This document shows positions 1 through 10,072 of a DNA stretch of 64,000 nucleotides, piece after piece. How positions within the stretch are numbered: the first letter of the stretch is position 1; every line of letters begins with the position of its first letter. The notes under the pieces were generated by a model. That model was not told the DNA's origin, searched no databases, and saw nothing but the letters and a program-made list of their open reading frames with translations. Made by a program: the position numbers and the translations under genes. This DNA is from Candidatus Thorarchaeota archaeon (GTDB lineage: Archaea; Asgardarchaeota; Thorarchaeia; Thorarchaeales; Thorarchaeaceae): the NCBI GenBank assembly GCA_029855935.1, contig JAGSHN010000012.1, positions 96,001 to 160,000 of the forward strand, in the 5' to 3' direction.

Positions 1-889
1 TCAGAGCCAGCCCGCGCACGGTCGCCGGACCAATCCCCTCGACTCGGAGAAGTTCTTCGTATCCACGTGGCTCGATCTCATACGCGCGACGCACTGCGTT
101 CCAGTTCATCCGACGCGGCAGTACCTTATAGGCAGGCACCTGCAGTGTCCTTCCGTCAGGCTCAATCCAGTCCAAGAGAGTCGACTGTCCGTAGGGTCTG
201 AGATTCTCAAACATCCGACGCAGGCGTGGCACGCCCTCTTTGACAAGGTCGACGGACGTGTCCCTACAACTGCTTGAGCTGCCAGCCGTCATGTCAAGAA
301 CATGTTCCTCGACCTTACCGGATATCATTCCCGAGTGCGGCTCCTCGACTATGTTGTCGACATGCTCAGAACACCAGTGATATCGTCTGGCATCACCGCT
401 CTTGTCATTCATCCCCTGCTGAACAACGGTCCAGTCCCCATCAGCGTCCACGAAGAAGACGTGCTGGTACAGGGAGTATCCGTCCTGAACTGCTGCATTG
501 TCCACCTTCGCCACCATGCGGCTCGTGTCCGCCAGCTGAGCCCCATCGAGACCGAAGTCCTCTAGGGCTCTCAGCTGTTCCGGCACCCTCAGAGATGCCC
601 TTCCTTTGCCCCCGACCGCAACCACGCCGTGCGTTTCAAAGGAGAGCACAGACTTGAGCACACCGCATGTGACGGTGGTCGAGCCTGAGCTGTCCCAGTC
701 GTAGCCCAGCACATTTGACAGCGCCTGAAAGTACACGGGGTCCGCAAGCCTTCTGAGAAGTTCTGTTGTCCCGTACTCGTCGACGATGAACTCGCATATG
801 GCTGACGCCATGGGCATCATTCGCTTGACGAGCCAGTGTGGAGCCCTCCCGGGATGAAGCCTGAGATCGGCAACTCCGGACCTTCTCAT
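1..889 (-). CDS. DUF763 family protein (partial, runs off the window start)
   Basis: Not in the ORF track because it has no stop in the window. Manual translation from ATG 889 gives MRRSGVADLRLHPGRAPHWLVKRM...LADPVYFQALSNVLGYDWDSSGSTTVTCGVLK...GGKG...SRMVAKVDNAAVQDGYSLYQH...QQGMN...ARRYHW, the typical DUF763 motifs. Confidence 0.9.
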   Translation of the reverse strand, partial: MRRSGVADLRLHPGRAPHWLVKRMMPMASAICEFIVDEYGTTELLRRLADPVYFQALSNVLGYDWDSSGSTTVTCGVLKSVLSFETHGVVAVGGKGRASLRVPEQLRALEDFGLDGAQLADTSRMVAKVDNAAVQDGYSLYQHVFFVDADGDWTVVQQGMNDKSGDARRYHWCSEHVDNIVEEPHSGMISGKVEEHVLDMTAGSSSSCRDTSVDLVKEGVPRLRRMFENLRPYGQSTLLDWIEPDGRTLQVPAYKVLPRRMNWNAVRRAYEIEPRGYEELLRVEGIGPATVRGLAL

Positions 890-1006
890 CTGTACCAACA
901 TGTCCCCTCTGCCCGCGAAGAGAGATAAGCATAACAGGTCGCCGAAACTATTGAATCAGGCCTTGGGTCTCGGACCAAGGACAATGGTCTTCGTCCTTAC
1001 GATGTT

Positions 1007-1576
1007 TCACTCGTCTCGACTGTTCTGTGTTTCGCTAGCCTGTTCTCCCTCGTGAGAGAGGAACTTCCTGTAGTATGTGAACATAGTGTACACTAGGGAC
1101 AGTGACACCACTAAGAACGAGAGCAGCGCCACATTGAAGATGACATTGATTGCCTGTGGCACATCTCTAAAGACCTTGATGACCCAACTATCGCCATCCA
1201 TCGTCCCATTGACTGCCAGATGGGTGTCACCAGTTGCATAGACATGAACTCTGGTCAAGGCTGTGGCAACTGCCTCCTGATTGGCACTTGATGCGTCGAC
1301 TAGGTACCTGCAAGAATATAGTGTGCCGTTGAAGTATATCGACACATTAGCCTCAACAGTCGCAAAGGACTGACTGCGTTCTGTGACCACTATGTCTATC
1401 CAGTAGTCGTGACCGCGCTCCAAGAGATATGTCAGGGAGATCTGCGGACTTGCCCCCTCCTCAGTATGGATGACGTACAGATCTCTTGCGCTATAGGTGA
1501 GCAGCGAGGTCCCAGCGAGGGTGACAACGATGACTATCTGCAAGACTATGACCTTTTGCCATTGCTTCTTGTTCAT
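1007..1576 (-). CDS. hypothetical membrane protein (N- and C-terminal TM helices around a beta-rich extracellular domain)
   Basis: ORF 1007..1612; start MNKKQW at 1576 follows a GGAG motif; two hydrophobic helices. Confidence 0.7.
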   Translation of the reverse strand: MNKKQWQKVIVLQIVIVVTLAGTSLLTYSARDLYVIHTEEGASPQISLTYLLERGHDYWIDIVVTERSQSFATVEANVSIYFNGTLYSCRYLVDASSANQEAVATALTRVHVYATGDTHLAVNGTMDGDSWVIKVFRDVPQAINVIFNVALLSFLVVSLSLVYTMFTYYRKFLSHEGEQASETQNSRDE

Positions 1577-1811
1577 TACATCTCCGTCCGGCTTCATCCC
1601 ATTCCTGCGCACCGCGTGATCGCGGTGGCCTCAACACGCTATCTGATGCGGACTCTGATATTACTTTCTGCAACTGGGACGCTGTGGTCCGACTATCGAC
1701 GCCAGAGTGAGTGAGGTCCTCCGCGAGAGAGAATGGATATTGTACAGCTGGCAAGCCTTTTATTTCGGAGGTCGATGTAAATGTGAGATTTCTCACACCG
1801 AGTGATGAATC

Positions 1812-2351
1812 ATGTCTTTCAGTGCTGAGTGGGACCGGGCAGTCAGCTATGAGGAATTCCTGGAGTCGGCCCGAGAGAATGTCGAACTGATGAGAGCACG
1901 GTTCAACGACCTACTCATCAAAGAGGAGGAGGCCGAGACTCTCAAGACACTGCAGAACGACATCTACGTGCTGGTGATAGGCACCGACCGATGCTACGAC
2001 ACGGCTGGGAATCTGCCGGTCCTTGCAAGGATGGCCTCACTCTCCCCGAAGATTCATCTCCGGGTGCTGGACAGTGATAAGAACGCCGAGTTTCATCAGT
2101 TGTTCAAGGTGAACGGGAAGAGAAAGACTCCCGTGGTCCTCTTTCTGAACTCGCAGTTCGAGGAACTATGTCGCTGGATCGAGCGTCCGAATGCCGCCTA
2201 CAAGCTCATCAACGAGAAGACGAACCCCTCGCTGGAGGAGCGAAGAGCGCGTCTCAAACAATTGTACAGCGACCCGGAGATTCTCCGACAGAGTATGAGC
2301 GAGTTTCTCCGTCTCTTCCTACGTGCTGACTTCATTCTCGGGCGGCACTGA
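1812..2351 (+). CDS. thioredoxin-fold protein (Thioredoxin_9-like, single Cys)
   Basis: VLVIGTDRCYDTAGNLPVL and NGKRKTPVVLFLN..EELCRWIERP pattern. Confidence 0.8.
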   Translation: MSFSAEWDRAVSYEEFLESARENVELMRARFNDLLIKEEEAETLKTLQNDIYVLVIGTDRCYDTAGNLPVLARMASLSPKIHLRVLDSDKNAEFHQLFKVNGKRKTPVVLFLNSQFEELCRWIERPNAAYKLINEKTNPSLEERRARLKQLYSDPEILRQSMSEFLRLFLRADFILGRH

Positions 2352-2352
2352 G

Positions 2353-3012
2353 ATGGACGACCTGCGCAGGGCCGACTGGTCCGGGCAGCAGCAGATCTCC
2401 GGACTCGCGTCATCGTACAGAGCACGTTATGGAGAGCCCGTATGGCGGGTCCTGCTCTCGCTCCTCGACAGGAGGCGATATCGCCGTGTGATAGATCTGG
2501 GCTGTGGTCCCGGCCTGTTCCTCGCCGATGCGGCACAGCGTCTTGGTGCAGAGATGCTAGTTGGACTGGACGCGAGTGTCGAGATGCTGGAAACAGCAAG
2601 ACAGGTCCTCTCACGGATGGCTCCGGAACAAGATGTGATGCTGGTCTGTCATGACCTCGACGCAGGCCCCCTTCCACTCAGAGATGCCCACCTTGACCTT
2701 GTCTTCTCAGGCTATCTTCTCCACGAGCTTGACCGACCCGAGATGACACTCCGCTCGGTGAGCTCGGTCTTGGTTGATGGAGGCCTCTGTGTATCTCTTG
2801 ACTATGTGTCAGGCAATGAGGAGAGTTTTGTGAAGGCAATGGTCGCTCTCGGAATGGATGAGGGACGCGCTCGAAGTCGATATCCACACATGTGTAGTCG
2901 AAGTGCGGCGGACATAGTGCATCTCTTTGAGGCTGCAGGGCTTACTGACATTCGTCACGTGATGGTCAATGGTCACAGAGCTATAGTTTTAGGCACAAAC
3001 GGTTCTCACTGA
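2353..3012 (+). CDS. class I SAM-dependent methyltransferase
   Basis: VIDLGCGPG motif I, VGLDAS.EML, LHEL. ATG at 2353 directly follows the upstream stop. Confidence 0.9.
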   Translation: MDDLRRADWSGQQQISGLASSYRARYGEPVWRVLLSLLDRRRYRRVIDLGCGPGLFLADAAQRLGAEMLVGLDASVEMLETARQVLSRMAPEQDVMLVCHDLDAGPLPLRDAHLDLVFSGYLLHELDRPEMTLRSVSSVLVDGGLCVSLDYVSGNEESFVKAMVALGMDEGRARSRYPHMCSRSAADIVHLFEAAGLTDIRHVMVNGHRAIVLGTNGSH

Positions 3013-3018
3013 CGTTGG

Positions 3019-3228
3019 ATGTTGGTGACGCGCGTGTCCCCGGATCGTCGACACTCCCCTTGGGCATATGAGGAACACGAGCTGCATTGCCCAAAGTGTG
3101 GTAGCACTCGTGTGGTGCGTGACCTGAACCGGTGGGCTCTTGCACGTGGTGTCCAGCTCTTCAAGTGTGCTGCGTGCGGAAAACGCTTCTACATTCGCGG
3201 AGTCGATGACTACAGGCCCACATATTAG
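3019..3228 (+). CDS. small zinc-ribbon protein
   Basis: CPKC-x19-CAAC; sits in operon position between the methyltransferase and priL. Confidence 0.7.
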   Translation: MLVTRVSPDRRHSPWAYEEHELHCPKCGSTRVVRDLNRWALARGVQLFKCAACGKRFYIRGVDDYRPTY

Positions 3229-3265
3229 GGCTGGTTGTGACTGATGTCTGAGGGAGGTCCTGCCT

Positions 3266-4408
3266 CTGTACCCGGAGAGACGTTTCCTAAGATACCCTTT
3301 CTCGGCGCAGGCACGAAAGGCCACACGCGAGCAGGCCCGTGACGTACGCTCGCTGATAGAGATGCTCTCCGACCCGAGTAACGAGTACATAATTGCAGAG
3401 GCGGAACGCCGGATAATCGCGGCTCTTGACCAAGAGCCAATCCCACTGGTTGACAACCGTGACCGTCGTGATTTCCTCATCTATCCAACTGCTCGTCTTA
3501 TTGTTGAGAGGATTGGGAACCAGCGTCTGAGGGAGTATCAGGCCGAGGCAGAGTCGAAGGCCGTGAACGCCCATCTCTCGGATGAGGTTGACACGGAGTT
3601 CGTTGTCCATATGTGCACCGAGTCCTTTGGGTGGGACGTGCGCATCGTGGGATCGGAGCACGAGAAAGACAGGCTTCCAATTCCTCTTCGACTGTACAAT
3701 CTGAGAATGCGATTCGAGAACTATCTCGAGGTGGCTCCGCAGTTCCATCAGTCGTCGTGGAAGCTCGTCAATCGTCCTCTCGACCGTGGATGGGTCCCAA
3801 TACGACGTTCCGAACTGGACCGCCTGATCTCCGGGAAGTTTCGTCAGATCATTGTCCAGTCAACACTGGAGGTCCCGACTCTTCTCCCCGCAAGGCTGAC
3901 GGAGGCTGTTCAGCGCATAGAGAGCGAGCTTGGGTCCAAGATCCGGCGTACCGCACCTCTTGAGATAAGTGAGACGAGCACGAGCGCATTCCCACCGTGC
4001 ATTGCGCAGATGCACAGCGATGCCTTGGCGGGAAAGAACCTTCCTCACGAGGCCCGATTCGCCCTTGCAGCCTTCCTCCTCAACATCGGGATGAGCACGG
4101 ACGAGGTCATGAGAGTGTTCAGTGCGTCGCCAGACTTTGTTCAAGACCTCGCGCGTTATCAGGTCGAACATATAGCGGGGCAGCGTCGTGGTGCGGCCTC
4201 TCGGGAGGGCGGATACACGGCCCCGGGTTGCAGAAAGATGCAGGGCAATGGCCTCTGTCCTGTGTATCTCGGTTCCGCCTTTGATCCCTTGTGCGAGTAC
4301 GTGCTTCACCCGTTGCAGTTCTACGAAACGCGGGCCTGGGAGATTGCACACGGAATAACGAGCCGTACCTGGTACGGTCGCAAGAGACAGAAGAAGCAAC
4401 ACTTCTGA
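3266..4408 (+). CDS. priL: DNA primase large subunit PriL
   Basis: FPPCI, L.HEARFALAAFL, YQVEHI, Y.APGCRKM..GLCP..LC..V.HPL (Fe-S Cys). The RYPF N-terminal motif lies upstream of the track start 3362, implying a CTG start near 3266. Confidence 0.93.
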   Translation: MYPERRFLRYPFSAQARKATREQARDVRSLIEMLSDPSNEYIIAEAERRIIAALDQEPIPLVDNRDRRDFLIYPTARLIVERIGNQRLREYQAEAESKAVNAHLSDEVDTEFVVHMCTESFGWDVRIVGSEHEKDRLPIPLRLYNLRMRFENYLEVAPQFHQSSWKLVNRPLDRGWVPIRRSELDRLISGKFRQIIVQSTLEVPTLLPARLTEAVQRIESELGSKIRRTAPLEISETSTSAFPPCIAQMHSDALAGKNLPHEARFALAAFLLNIGMSTDEVMRVFSASPDFVQDLARYQVEHIAGQRRGAASREGGYTAPGCRKMQGNGLCPVYLGSAFDPLCEYVLHPLQFYETRAWEIAHGITSRTWYGRKRQKKQHF

Positions 4409-4414
4409 GCCCGC

Positions 4415-5260
4415 TCAGGATGGCCTTGCTGTGCTTCGGGTATAGTAGTACAGGTACTCCTGAGCATATCCTGCGTATCGGCCGAAGTACTCCCTCGCAG
4501 CCTTGGACTTTTTGGCGTACGACTTGCCGCTCTCAGTGAAGATGTCATAGTGTCTCTGAATCACGCGTTCAATCCACACGTCTATCGGAAATGACTCCAA
4601 GAATCCGAGGGAGAAGAGGCATACACAGTCGGCGACCTTATCGCCCACACCGTGCAACGTCTTGAGTTCGTGATGCGCCTCCTCGTAGCTCAGTCGTCTG
4701 AGTTTGCGTTCGGTAACAAGGCCCTCGTCAATCGCCTTGGCAGTACGGACTATGAACTCAGCACGCCAGTCCAGACCGAGTGACCGTAGGTCGTTCACGT
4801 CGGCCCTTGCGAGAACATCGGGACCGGGCATACCGTGATACCTCTGGCCGTGAAACTCGTATGCCGGGCCGTACCCCTCCCTGATCCTCTGAGCAACTCT
4901 CTGGATGGATGGTATGTTGTTCCGTATCGAACAGATAAAGGTCACCAGACAGGGGAAGAACGGATCGGAGACTATTCTCAGACCGGGTGCGAACGCGATT
5001 GCCTCTCTCATCACATCGTCCTTAGCAATCTCTGTCTGGATGTCTCGCAACGGGTCATCGAGCCTGAACAGTCTTCTCACACTAGCAGCGTCGACCTCTT
5101 CCGAGGCCTCATAGAGGAGCCTGTCGCCCTGCTGTTCGACATATATCACCTGTCCCAGATCCGTGCAGAGATACCCATCTCCGTGGCGTGTCCAGCAGAA
5201 GGTCTGGCCACACTCAAGGGTGTCGCGCAGGCTGAAGTCCCTCACCGTAATCTCCTGCAT
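4415..5260 (-). CDS. ogg1: 8-oxoguanine DNA glycosylase, Ogg1/HhH-GPD family
   Basis: TLECGQTFCW N-domain, HhH LHGVGDKVADC, FPIDVW, GYAQEYLY. Confidence 0.9.
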   Translation of the reverse strand: MQEITVRDFSLRDTLECGQTFCWTRHGDGYLCTDLGQVIYVEQQGDRLLYEASEEVDAASVRRLFRLDDPLRDIQTEIAKDDVMREAIAFAPGLRIVSDPFFPCLVTFICSIRNNIPSIQRVAQRIREGYGPAYEFHGQRYHGMPGPDVLARADVNDLRSLGLDWRAEFIVRTAKAIDEGLVTERKLRRLSYEEAHHELKTLHGVGDKVADCVCLFSLGFLESFPIDVWIERVIQRHYDIFTESGKSYAKKSKAAREYFGRYAGYAQEYLYYYTRSTARPS

Positions 5261-5298
5261 AGCCCCCACTGCTCCTCCTGACAAGGCTATCTCTACTA

Positions 5299-7392
5299 CT
5301 ACTCTCCTGCGCTCTCGTCAACACCCCGTGAGCCTCTGAGGTAGGCCCTGCGCTTCAGATAGACGAACACAGCGAGCAGTGCCACGATAGTTGTCACGGA
5401 AACGGGTGCGACACTGTCCACCCAGTGCCTGTGGGGATTCCAGTCCCAGTTGTCAGGTATGAGGTCGCCATCGGTGTCGGTGCTGGTGGGCGACATATAG
5501 TGATACACTTCGAATGCGTCAGTCCATCCATCGCCGTCCGTGTCCACAGAGAGAGGGTTGATGTGGTTGAGAATCTCGAACAGGTCGTCGAGCCCATCAC
5601 CGTCAGTATCGATCGATGTCGCGTTCAGTCCCGTGGCTATCTCAAAGGCGTCATCGAGTCCGTCGCCATCGGTGTCAGCAGATAGAGGATTGGAGTGGTA
5701 GACGTAGATCTCCTCATAGTCACTGATACCATCACCATCGGTGTCCGTCAGTATTGGTGATGTGCCGAGTGCTGCCTCCTCGCCATCGGTGATGTTGTCT
5801 CCGTCAGAGTCCTGCAGCACCAGACTTGACCCCCACTTGTATTCATCCGAGTCGAGGGCACCATCGTGGTCCGAGTCCCTCTCACGTGGGTCGCTGCCAA
5901 TCGCTATCTCAAAGTCGTCCTCGAGTCCGTCCGCGTCAGAATCAAGCCGGTAGGGATCGAGCCCATTGTCCACCTCATAGGTGTCACTGAGTCCGTCCCC
6001 GTCCGCATCATCGAGGCACGTGACATTGGTGTGCGCCACAATCTCATCCGGCCCGAGGTTACTGATGACAAGTCTGTACTGGCCCGGCGAGTTGGCGAGG
6101 TACTTGAGATTGATGAGGCCGTCGTTCTCTGTTCTCTCGTAGACAGTCCTGCCCGTCGATACACTGACAATCCTTGCATAGACTGTTGCATTGTTCTGCC
6201 ACGTCACAGTCGCATTGACAAAGCCATCAACGCTCACAACGAATCCGAGATCCGCTGTGCCGTTCACGGGGAGTACGCGTGACCTCCAGAAGGATAGGAT
6301 ATCACCATCACCTGCTCTTCCGAGCAGCATAATGGCACCTGCTGCGGAGGCCACGGCCTCTCTTGCCTTTACAAAACTGTAGTAGAGCTCGTCCGCATCG
6401 TCGTCTATGCCCCCGCTGAGGCTGTCATAGAAGTATCCCTGAGAGGCATAGACGGCCGAGGTATTCCTGTTCCAGAGTTCCCAAGCGAGAGAGTGTTCCG
6501 AATATCCCCTGTCCATCGCGCTGTGCACCATTCCTGCACCGACATCGGCCGACATGACAATCATGAGGTCAGGAATCCAGCTGGTCCTCTGATAGATGTT
6601 GGACTCCAAGCGCGACCTGAGAAGCACCTGAGTACCGTATGGGAACTGGCTCCTGTGAAAGAGCAACCGGTCATACGATATCGCCGTCAGTATCTCCGTC
6701 CCCTGCCCGTCGAGCATCTGGACAAACTCCGCTGCTCCCGGGTCGTGGTCATAACCTGCCCTACCCGTACTGCTGAGGACATAATAGACATCGCAATGCA
6801 GTGAGAGATTGACCAGAATCCTTGCGGTCTCCAACACTGCTGCGACGCTGACTCCAACGTCGTTAGCACCAGGTGTATCATACCGACTGTCGAGTATACC
6901 TGTGACAAGGACCGCTGGTCGCGGCGACGGCCCGATCCCGGTCTGTACTGCGTATAGTGTCTGGTACTGGCCCGTGGTCCCGAACCAGAGTCTACCTTGG
7001 GTGAGGGCATTGAGCGTCGTGTTGACCCATTGTTGGGCCGCTGAGAGCATTGTTGATGGCCTGTCATGCTTGATGTCCCAGGTCCGTGACCCGTACGTCG
7101 AGGCGAGGGTATCGGTGAGATCGTGCATGGAGGTTTCCGAGGAGACATTCCAGATATCCTCCCACAGTGCTGTCACGTTGATGAACGATGCTCCTGCACC
7201 GGCAAGGTGTCCTGTCCACGCTTTCTGTGGGCTCCCCTTTGTATCGGTCATATAGTATCGATCTACATTCTTTGTGGTGTTTCCGAGCGACATCGCCATA
7301 GTCGCACCCAGAATGGTGACAAGTACAACAGCGACTACGACTATGTGATGGGGACGCGAAACAACTTGTCGTGAATCGTACTCGTCGCGCAA
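5299..7392 (-). CDS. membrane-anchored protein: degenerate M28 peptidase-like domain + beta domain + 9 DxDGDG Ca-binding repeats + C-terminal TM
   Basis: N-terminal hydrophobic helix; VLVTGILDSRYDTPGANDVGVSVAAVLETARIL resembles M28 AHxDS..GAxDNxSG; DTDGDG repeats; C-terminal TM followed by KRR. Confidence 0.8.
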   Translation of the reverse strand: MRDEYDSRQVVSRPHHIVVVAVVLVTILGATMAMSLGNTTKNVDRYYMTDTKGSPQKAWTGHLAGAGASFINVTALWEDIWNVSSETSMHDLTDTLASTYGSRTWDIKHDRPSTMLSAAQQWVNTTLNALTQGRLWFGTTGQYQTLYAVQTGIGPSPRPAVLVTGILDSRYDTPGANDVGVSVAAVLETARILVNLSLHCDVYYVLSSTGRAGYDHDPGAAEFVQMLDGQGTEILTAISYDRLLFHRSQFPYGTQVLLRSRLESNIYQRTSWIPDLMIVMSADVGAGMVHSAMDRGYSEHSLAWELWNRNTSAVYASQGYFYDSLSGGIDDDADELYYSFVKAREAVASAAGAIMLLGRAGDGDILSFWRSRVLPVNGTADLGFVVSVDGFVNATVTWQNNATVYARIVSVSTGRTVYERTENDGLINLKYLANSPGQYRLVISNLGPDEIVAHTNVTCLDDADGDGLSDTYEVDNGLDPYRLDSDADGLEDDFEIAIGSDPRERDSDHDGALDSDEYKWGSSLVLQDSDGDNITDGEEAALGTSPILTDTDGDGISDYEEIYVYHSNPLSADTDGDGLDDAFEIATGLNATSIDTDGDGLDDLFEILNHINPLSVDTDGDGWTDAFEVYHYMSPTSTDTDGDLIPDNWDWNPHRHWVDSVAPVSVTTIVALLAVFVYLKRRAYLRGSRGVDESAGE
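5440..6010 (-). repeat. 9 tandem ~22-aa (~66-nt) DxDGDG..D..E...G..P coding repeats (bacterial TSP3-like)
   Basis: Counted directly in the translation. Confidence 0.85.
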
Positions 7393-7411
7393 CTGTCTGT
7401 CCTCCCGCGGC

Positions 7412-9400
7412 TCATCCTCCTCGATTGTACCGTATCTTCTTCACTGCCAGCCAGATGCCCACCAGCACGGTGACACCGAGCGCGACCCAGGTCGGTATCT
7501 CCTGTGTCCACGGTATCTTTGGATCCCAGTCCTCTCCGTCAGGTATGGAGTCCCCATCAGTATCGTTGTTGAAGGGCAGTAGTCCATTCTCAACCTCATA
7601 CAGGTCGGTGAGACCATCCCCGTCGGTGTCATTTGACAGGGGGTCGAGACCATTGAGCACCTCGAACAGATCTGTCAGGCCGTCACCATCCGTGTCCGCC
7701 ACGAGGGCACTTGTGTTGTGCTCAATCTCCAAGGAGTCTATGAGACCATCCCCGTCGGTGTCATCATTTAGCGGGTCGAGGCCCATCTCAAGCTCTGTGG
7801 CATCGTCGACTCCATCGCCGTCGGTGTCGGTTGACAATGGGCTGAGACCATGCTCTATCTCAAAGCCATCCTTGAGAGAGTCCCCATCGGTGTCGACCAA
7901 CCACGGATTAGACCCTATCATCACCTCGACGTAGTCGGAGGCACCATCCCCGTCCGTGTCTGGTGACCGTGGGTTCGTGCGGAGTTCGTATTCTTGATCA
8001 TCGGTCAGATTGTCGGCGTCGGTGTCGGGTGAGATGGCATCGGACTTGAACAGGTACTCCGTTCCGTCATCGAGGCTGTCCATGTCAAAATCGTGATATT
8101 GCGAGAACGAGTAGTCTACTATTGCGCTGGCGTTCCCCGTATTAGTCACCTGAAACGTATAGATGCCGGGTGCCTGAATATCTGCTGTGATGACGAGGCT
8201 GCCGCTGTTGGATGTGCCCTGTCCTATGTCATTCCCCTGGGGATCCACTATGTGTGCTGCAAGCTGCGTCCCGCTCGTCCATCCCAAGGCGAGTGTCAAC
8301 CGCGAGACACCTGTAAGCGGCATTGTTCCCGCCTCGGTGTAGTTAGTCCCAATTGACATCTGGCCCGCGAACGCAATCTCCCTCCCTGTTCCAAAGTTAC
8401 CTAGCATCCATGTCAGGGAGGCGACGAGGCCCACCGCCTCTGCTGCCTGCGCGTAGTCGTATCTCGCGTTGTTCCAGTTGTCGTCATCCGTCGGGACATA
8501 GTAGTAAGGCTGGCTCAATACGAAGCTCGGGACACCCGCATTGGTGCCATCATACGCACCAGTACGTGTCCATCCTCCTGCTGGTGCTGGACTCTTTGTC
8601 GTGAATCTTGCACCCGCGAGATAGGAGGCCCGTACGGCCACCTCGCCCATGAAGTCCACATTCTGAAAGCCCGAGTCGTGATAGTTCGATACAAAGAGCA
8701 GTCCAGCCGGGGAGCTCGCCTCATGATGCAGGAGTGTCGAAAACCAGAAGATTGCAGCAGGCCGTCTTCCCTCATCAATCAGCTGGTTCATGAACGTCCG
8801 GAGTCCCAGATTCCCACTACTCCCTGAACCATAGCCTGTGGTGATGGTGTTGGTGAGAACAAACATCACATCGTTTGTCAGCGGATATTGATAGAGTAAT
8901 CTGGCTGTCTCGACGACGGCTGCCGCTGAGGCGCCGAAACCATTTGCTCCAGCAGTGTATCTCGATGCAATTGTACCGGCAATGATGATTGGTGCGCGAT
9001 TGTCGGTTGTCCCGTGCAGGACACCGACCAGTGTCTCCTCCACCGTTTCTCTGTCAAAAGCGATATGATTGTCTGTGGCATTTCTCATTGCCTCATCGAT
9101 ATACTCCCACGCGCCCGCGAGCGGGTCTGATGGCTTCCGGTCGAGAGGATACCACACTCTCTGAGGATACAGCTCGGAGAGGTCCTTCACGATAGTCCTG
9201 ATCCGGTCGACACTCACGTCGTCAAATATGCTCTTCCAGACATTGTTGACCTTGGTCGTGGCACTAACCACAGAGTGCCGATACGGCACGGCGCGTTGTG
9301 TGTTCAGCTCTGTGACCACACCAGCCTGATGAAAAATGAAACCAACTCCGAGAATCAGTAGTAGTCCCAATGCGAGGACCGCGCCGTTCCGAGGGCTCAT
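7412..9400 (-). CDS. paralog of the adjacent gene: degenerate M28-like domain + 9 DxDGDG repeats + C-terminal TM
   Basis: [32 protein letters not shown]; same domain order and DWxP-TM tail. Confidence 0.8.
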   Translation of the reverse strand: MSPRNGAVLALGLLLILGVGFIFHQAGVVTELNTQRAVPYRHSVVSATTKVNNVWKSIFDDVSVDRIRTIVKDLSELYPQRVWYPLDRKPSDPLAGAWEYIDEAMRNATDNHIAFDRETVEETLVGVLHGTTDNRAPIIIAGTIASRYTAGANGFGASAAAVVETARLLYQYPLTNDVMFVLTNTITTGYGSGSSGNLGLRTFMNQLIDEGRRPAAIFWFSTLLHHEASSPAGLLFVSNYHDSGFQNVDFMGEVAVRASYLAGARFTTKSPAPAGGWTRTGAYDGTNAGVPSFVLSQPYYYVPTDDDNWNNARYDYAQAAEAVGLVASLTWMLGNFGTGREIAFAGQMSIGTNYTEAGTMPLTGVSRLTLALGWTSGTQLAAHIVDPQGNDIGQGTSNSGSLVITADIQAPGIYTFQVTNTGNASAIVDYSFSQYHDFDMDSLDDGTEYLFKSDAISPDTDADNLTDDQEYELRTNPRSPDTDGDGASDYVEVMIGSNPWLVDTDGDSLKDGFEIEHGLSPLSTDTDGDGVDDATELEMGLDPLNDDTDGDGLIDSLEIEHNTSALVADTDGDGLTDLFEVLNGLDPLSNDTDGDGLTDLYEVENGLLPFNNDTDGDSIPDGEDWDPKIPWTQEIPTWVALGVTVLVGIWLAVKKIRYNRGG
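7520..8093 (-). repeat. 9 tandem 22-aa DTDGDG coding repeats
   Basis: Counted directly in the translation. Confidence 0.85.
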
Positions 9401-9473
9401 ACCAGCGACCCCCCCGTGTGCGCTTGATTAAGCTTTTGAAGTACGCCATCCGAGATGCCCACCGCGAGAGGAA

Positions 9474-9995
9474 TCACCGCAGCTCCTCAGCGTGCTCCAG
9501 TATCAGATTAGCCACAAGTTCTGTGTTGTCAGGTGAGACCACTCTCCACCCCTCCAGCCTCTCGTCCTCTGCTACATCTTCGTCGCAGACTATGGCCACA
9601 ATTCTCTTCACTGCGGGCGGTGGAGGAACTGCCTCCCCCCTGATGCACCACAGACGAGGTATCGGCTCTCTCTTCATCCCCTCAATGATCACTATATCGG
9701 CGTCGAGACGCTCCACAATCTCCCTGAGCGGCAGCCTCTGCCTCCATCTCATCGTTGTGACGCTTGGGCCAACCAGTGCAGTGCCACTGGCACCTGCCTC
9801 CCACAGTCTCCTGGTGTCAGTTCCTGCCTGCGCCAAGACATCCTCGTTGCTGCTCTTCACAGCCGCTACGCGAACACCTCTCCTCATCAGCTCAGGTATC
9901 ACTCTCTCCAGCAGTGTGGTCTTGCCGGATCCCGAGAGGCCGGATATTGCAAACACCCGTTGCGATGACGAGTTCCGAATGGTCCTGTGGGTCAT
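9474..9995 (-). CDS. mobB: molybdopterin-guanine dinucleotide biosynthesis protein B
   Basis: VFAISGLSGSGKTTLLE, GTDTRRLWEAGA, DIVIIEGMK. The track's start at 10145 overlaps the divergent ABC gene, so 9995 is preferred. Confidence 0.85.
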   Translation of the reverse strand: MTHRTIRNSSSQRVFAISGLSGSGKTTLLERVIPELMRRGVRVAAVKSSNEDVLAQAGTDTRRLWEAGASGTALVGPSVTTMRWRQRLPLREIVERLDADIVIIEGMKREPIPRLWCIRGEAVPPPPAVKRIVAIVCDEDVAEDERLEGWRVVSPDNTELVANLILEHAEELR

Positions 9996-10072
9996 ACCAC
10001 CAGCTCGCGGTGTTGCTCCAGTAGGAACCTTAAAAATCGGTTTATCTTGGTCACAGGGCGGAGAGAGCTCCT

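Noticed and set aside
274-932. Track ORFs 274..657, 302..565 and 636..932
   Set aside because: They are shadow frames of the real minus-strand DUF763 gene, which the track missed.
5440-8093. ~66-nt periodicity resembling a CRISPR array
   Set aside because: The repeats are degenerate at DNA level and conserved as in-frame protein repeats; there are no cas genes.
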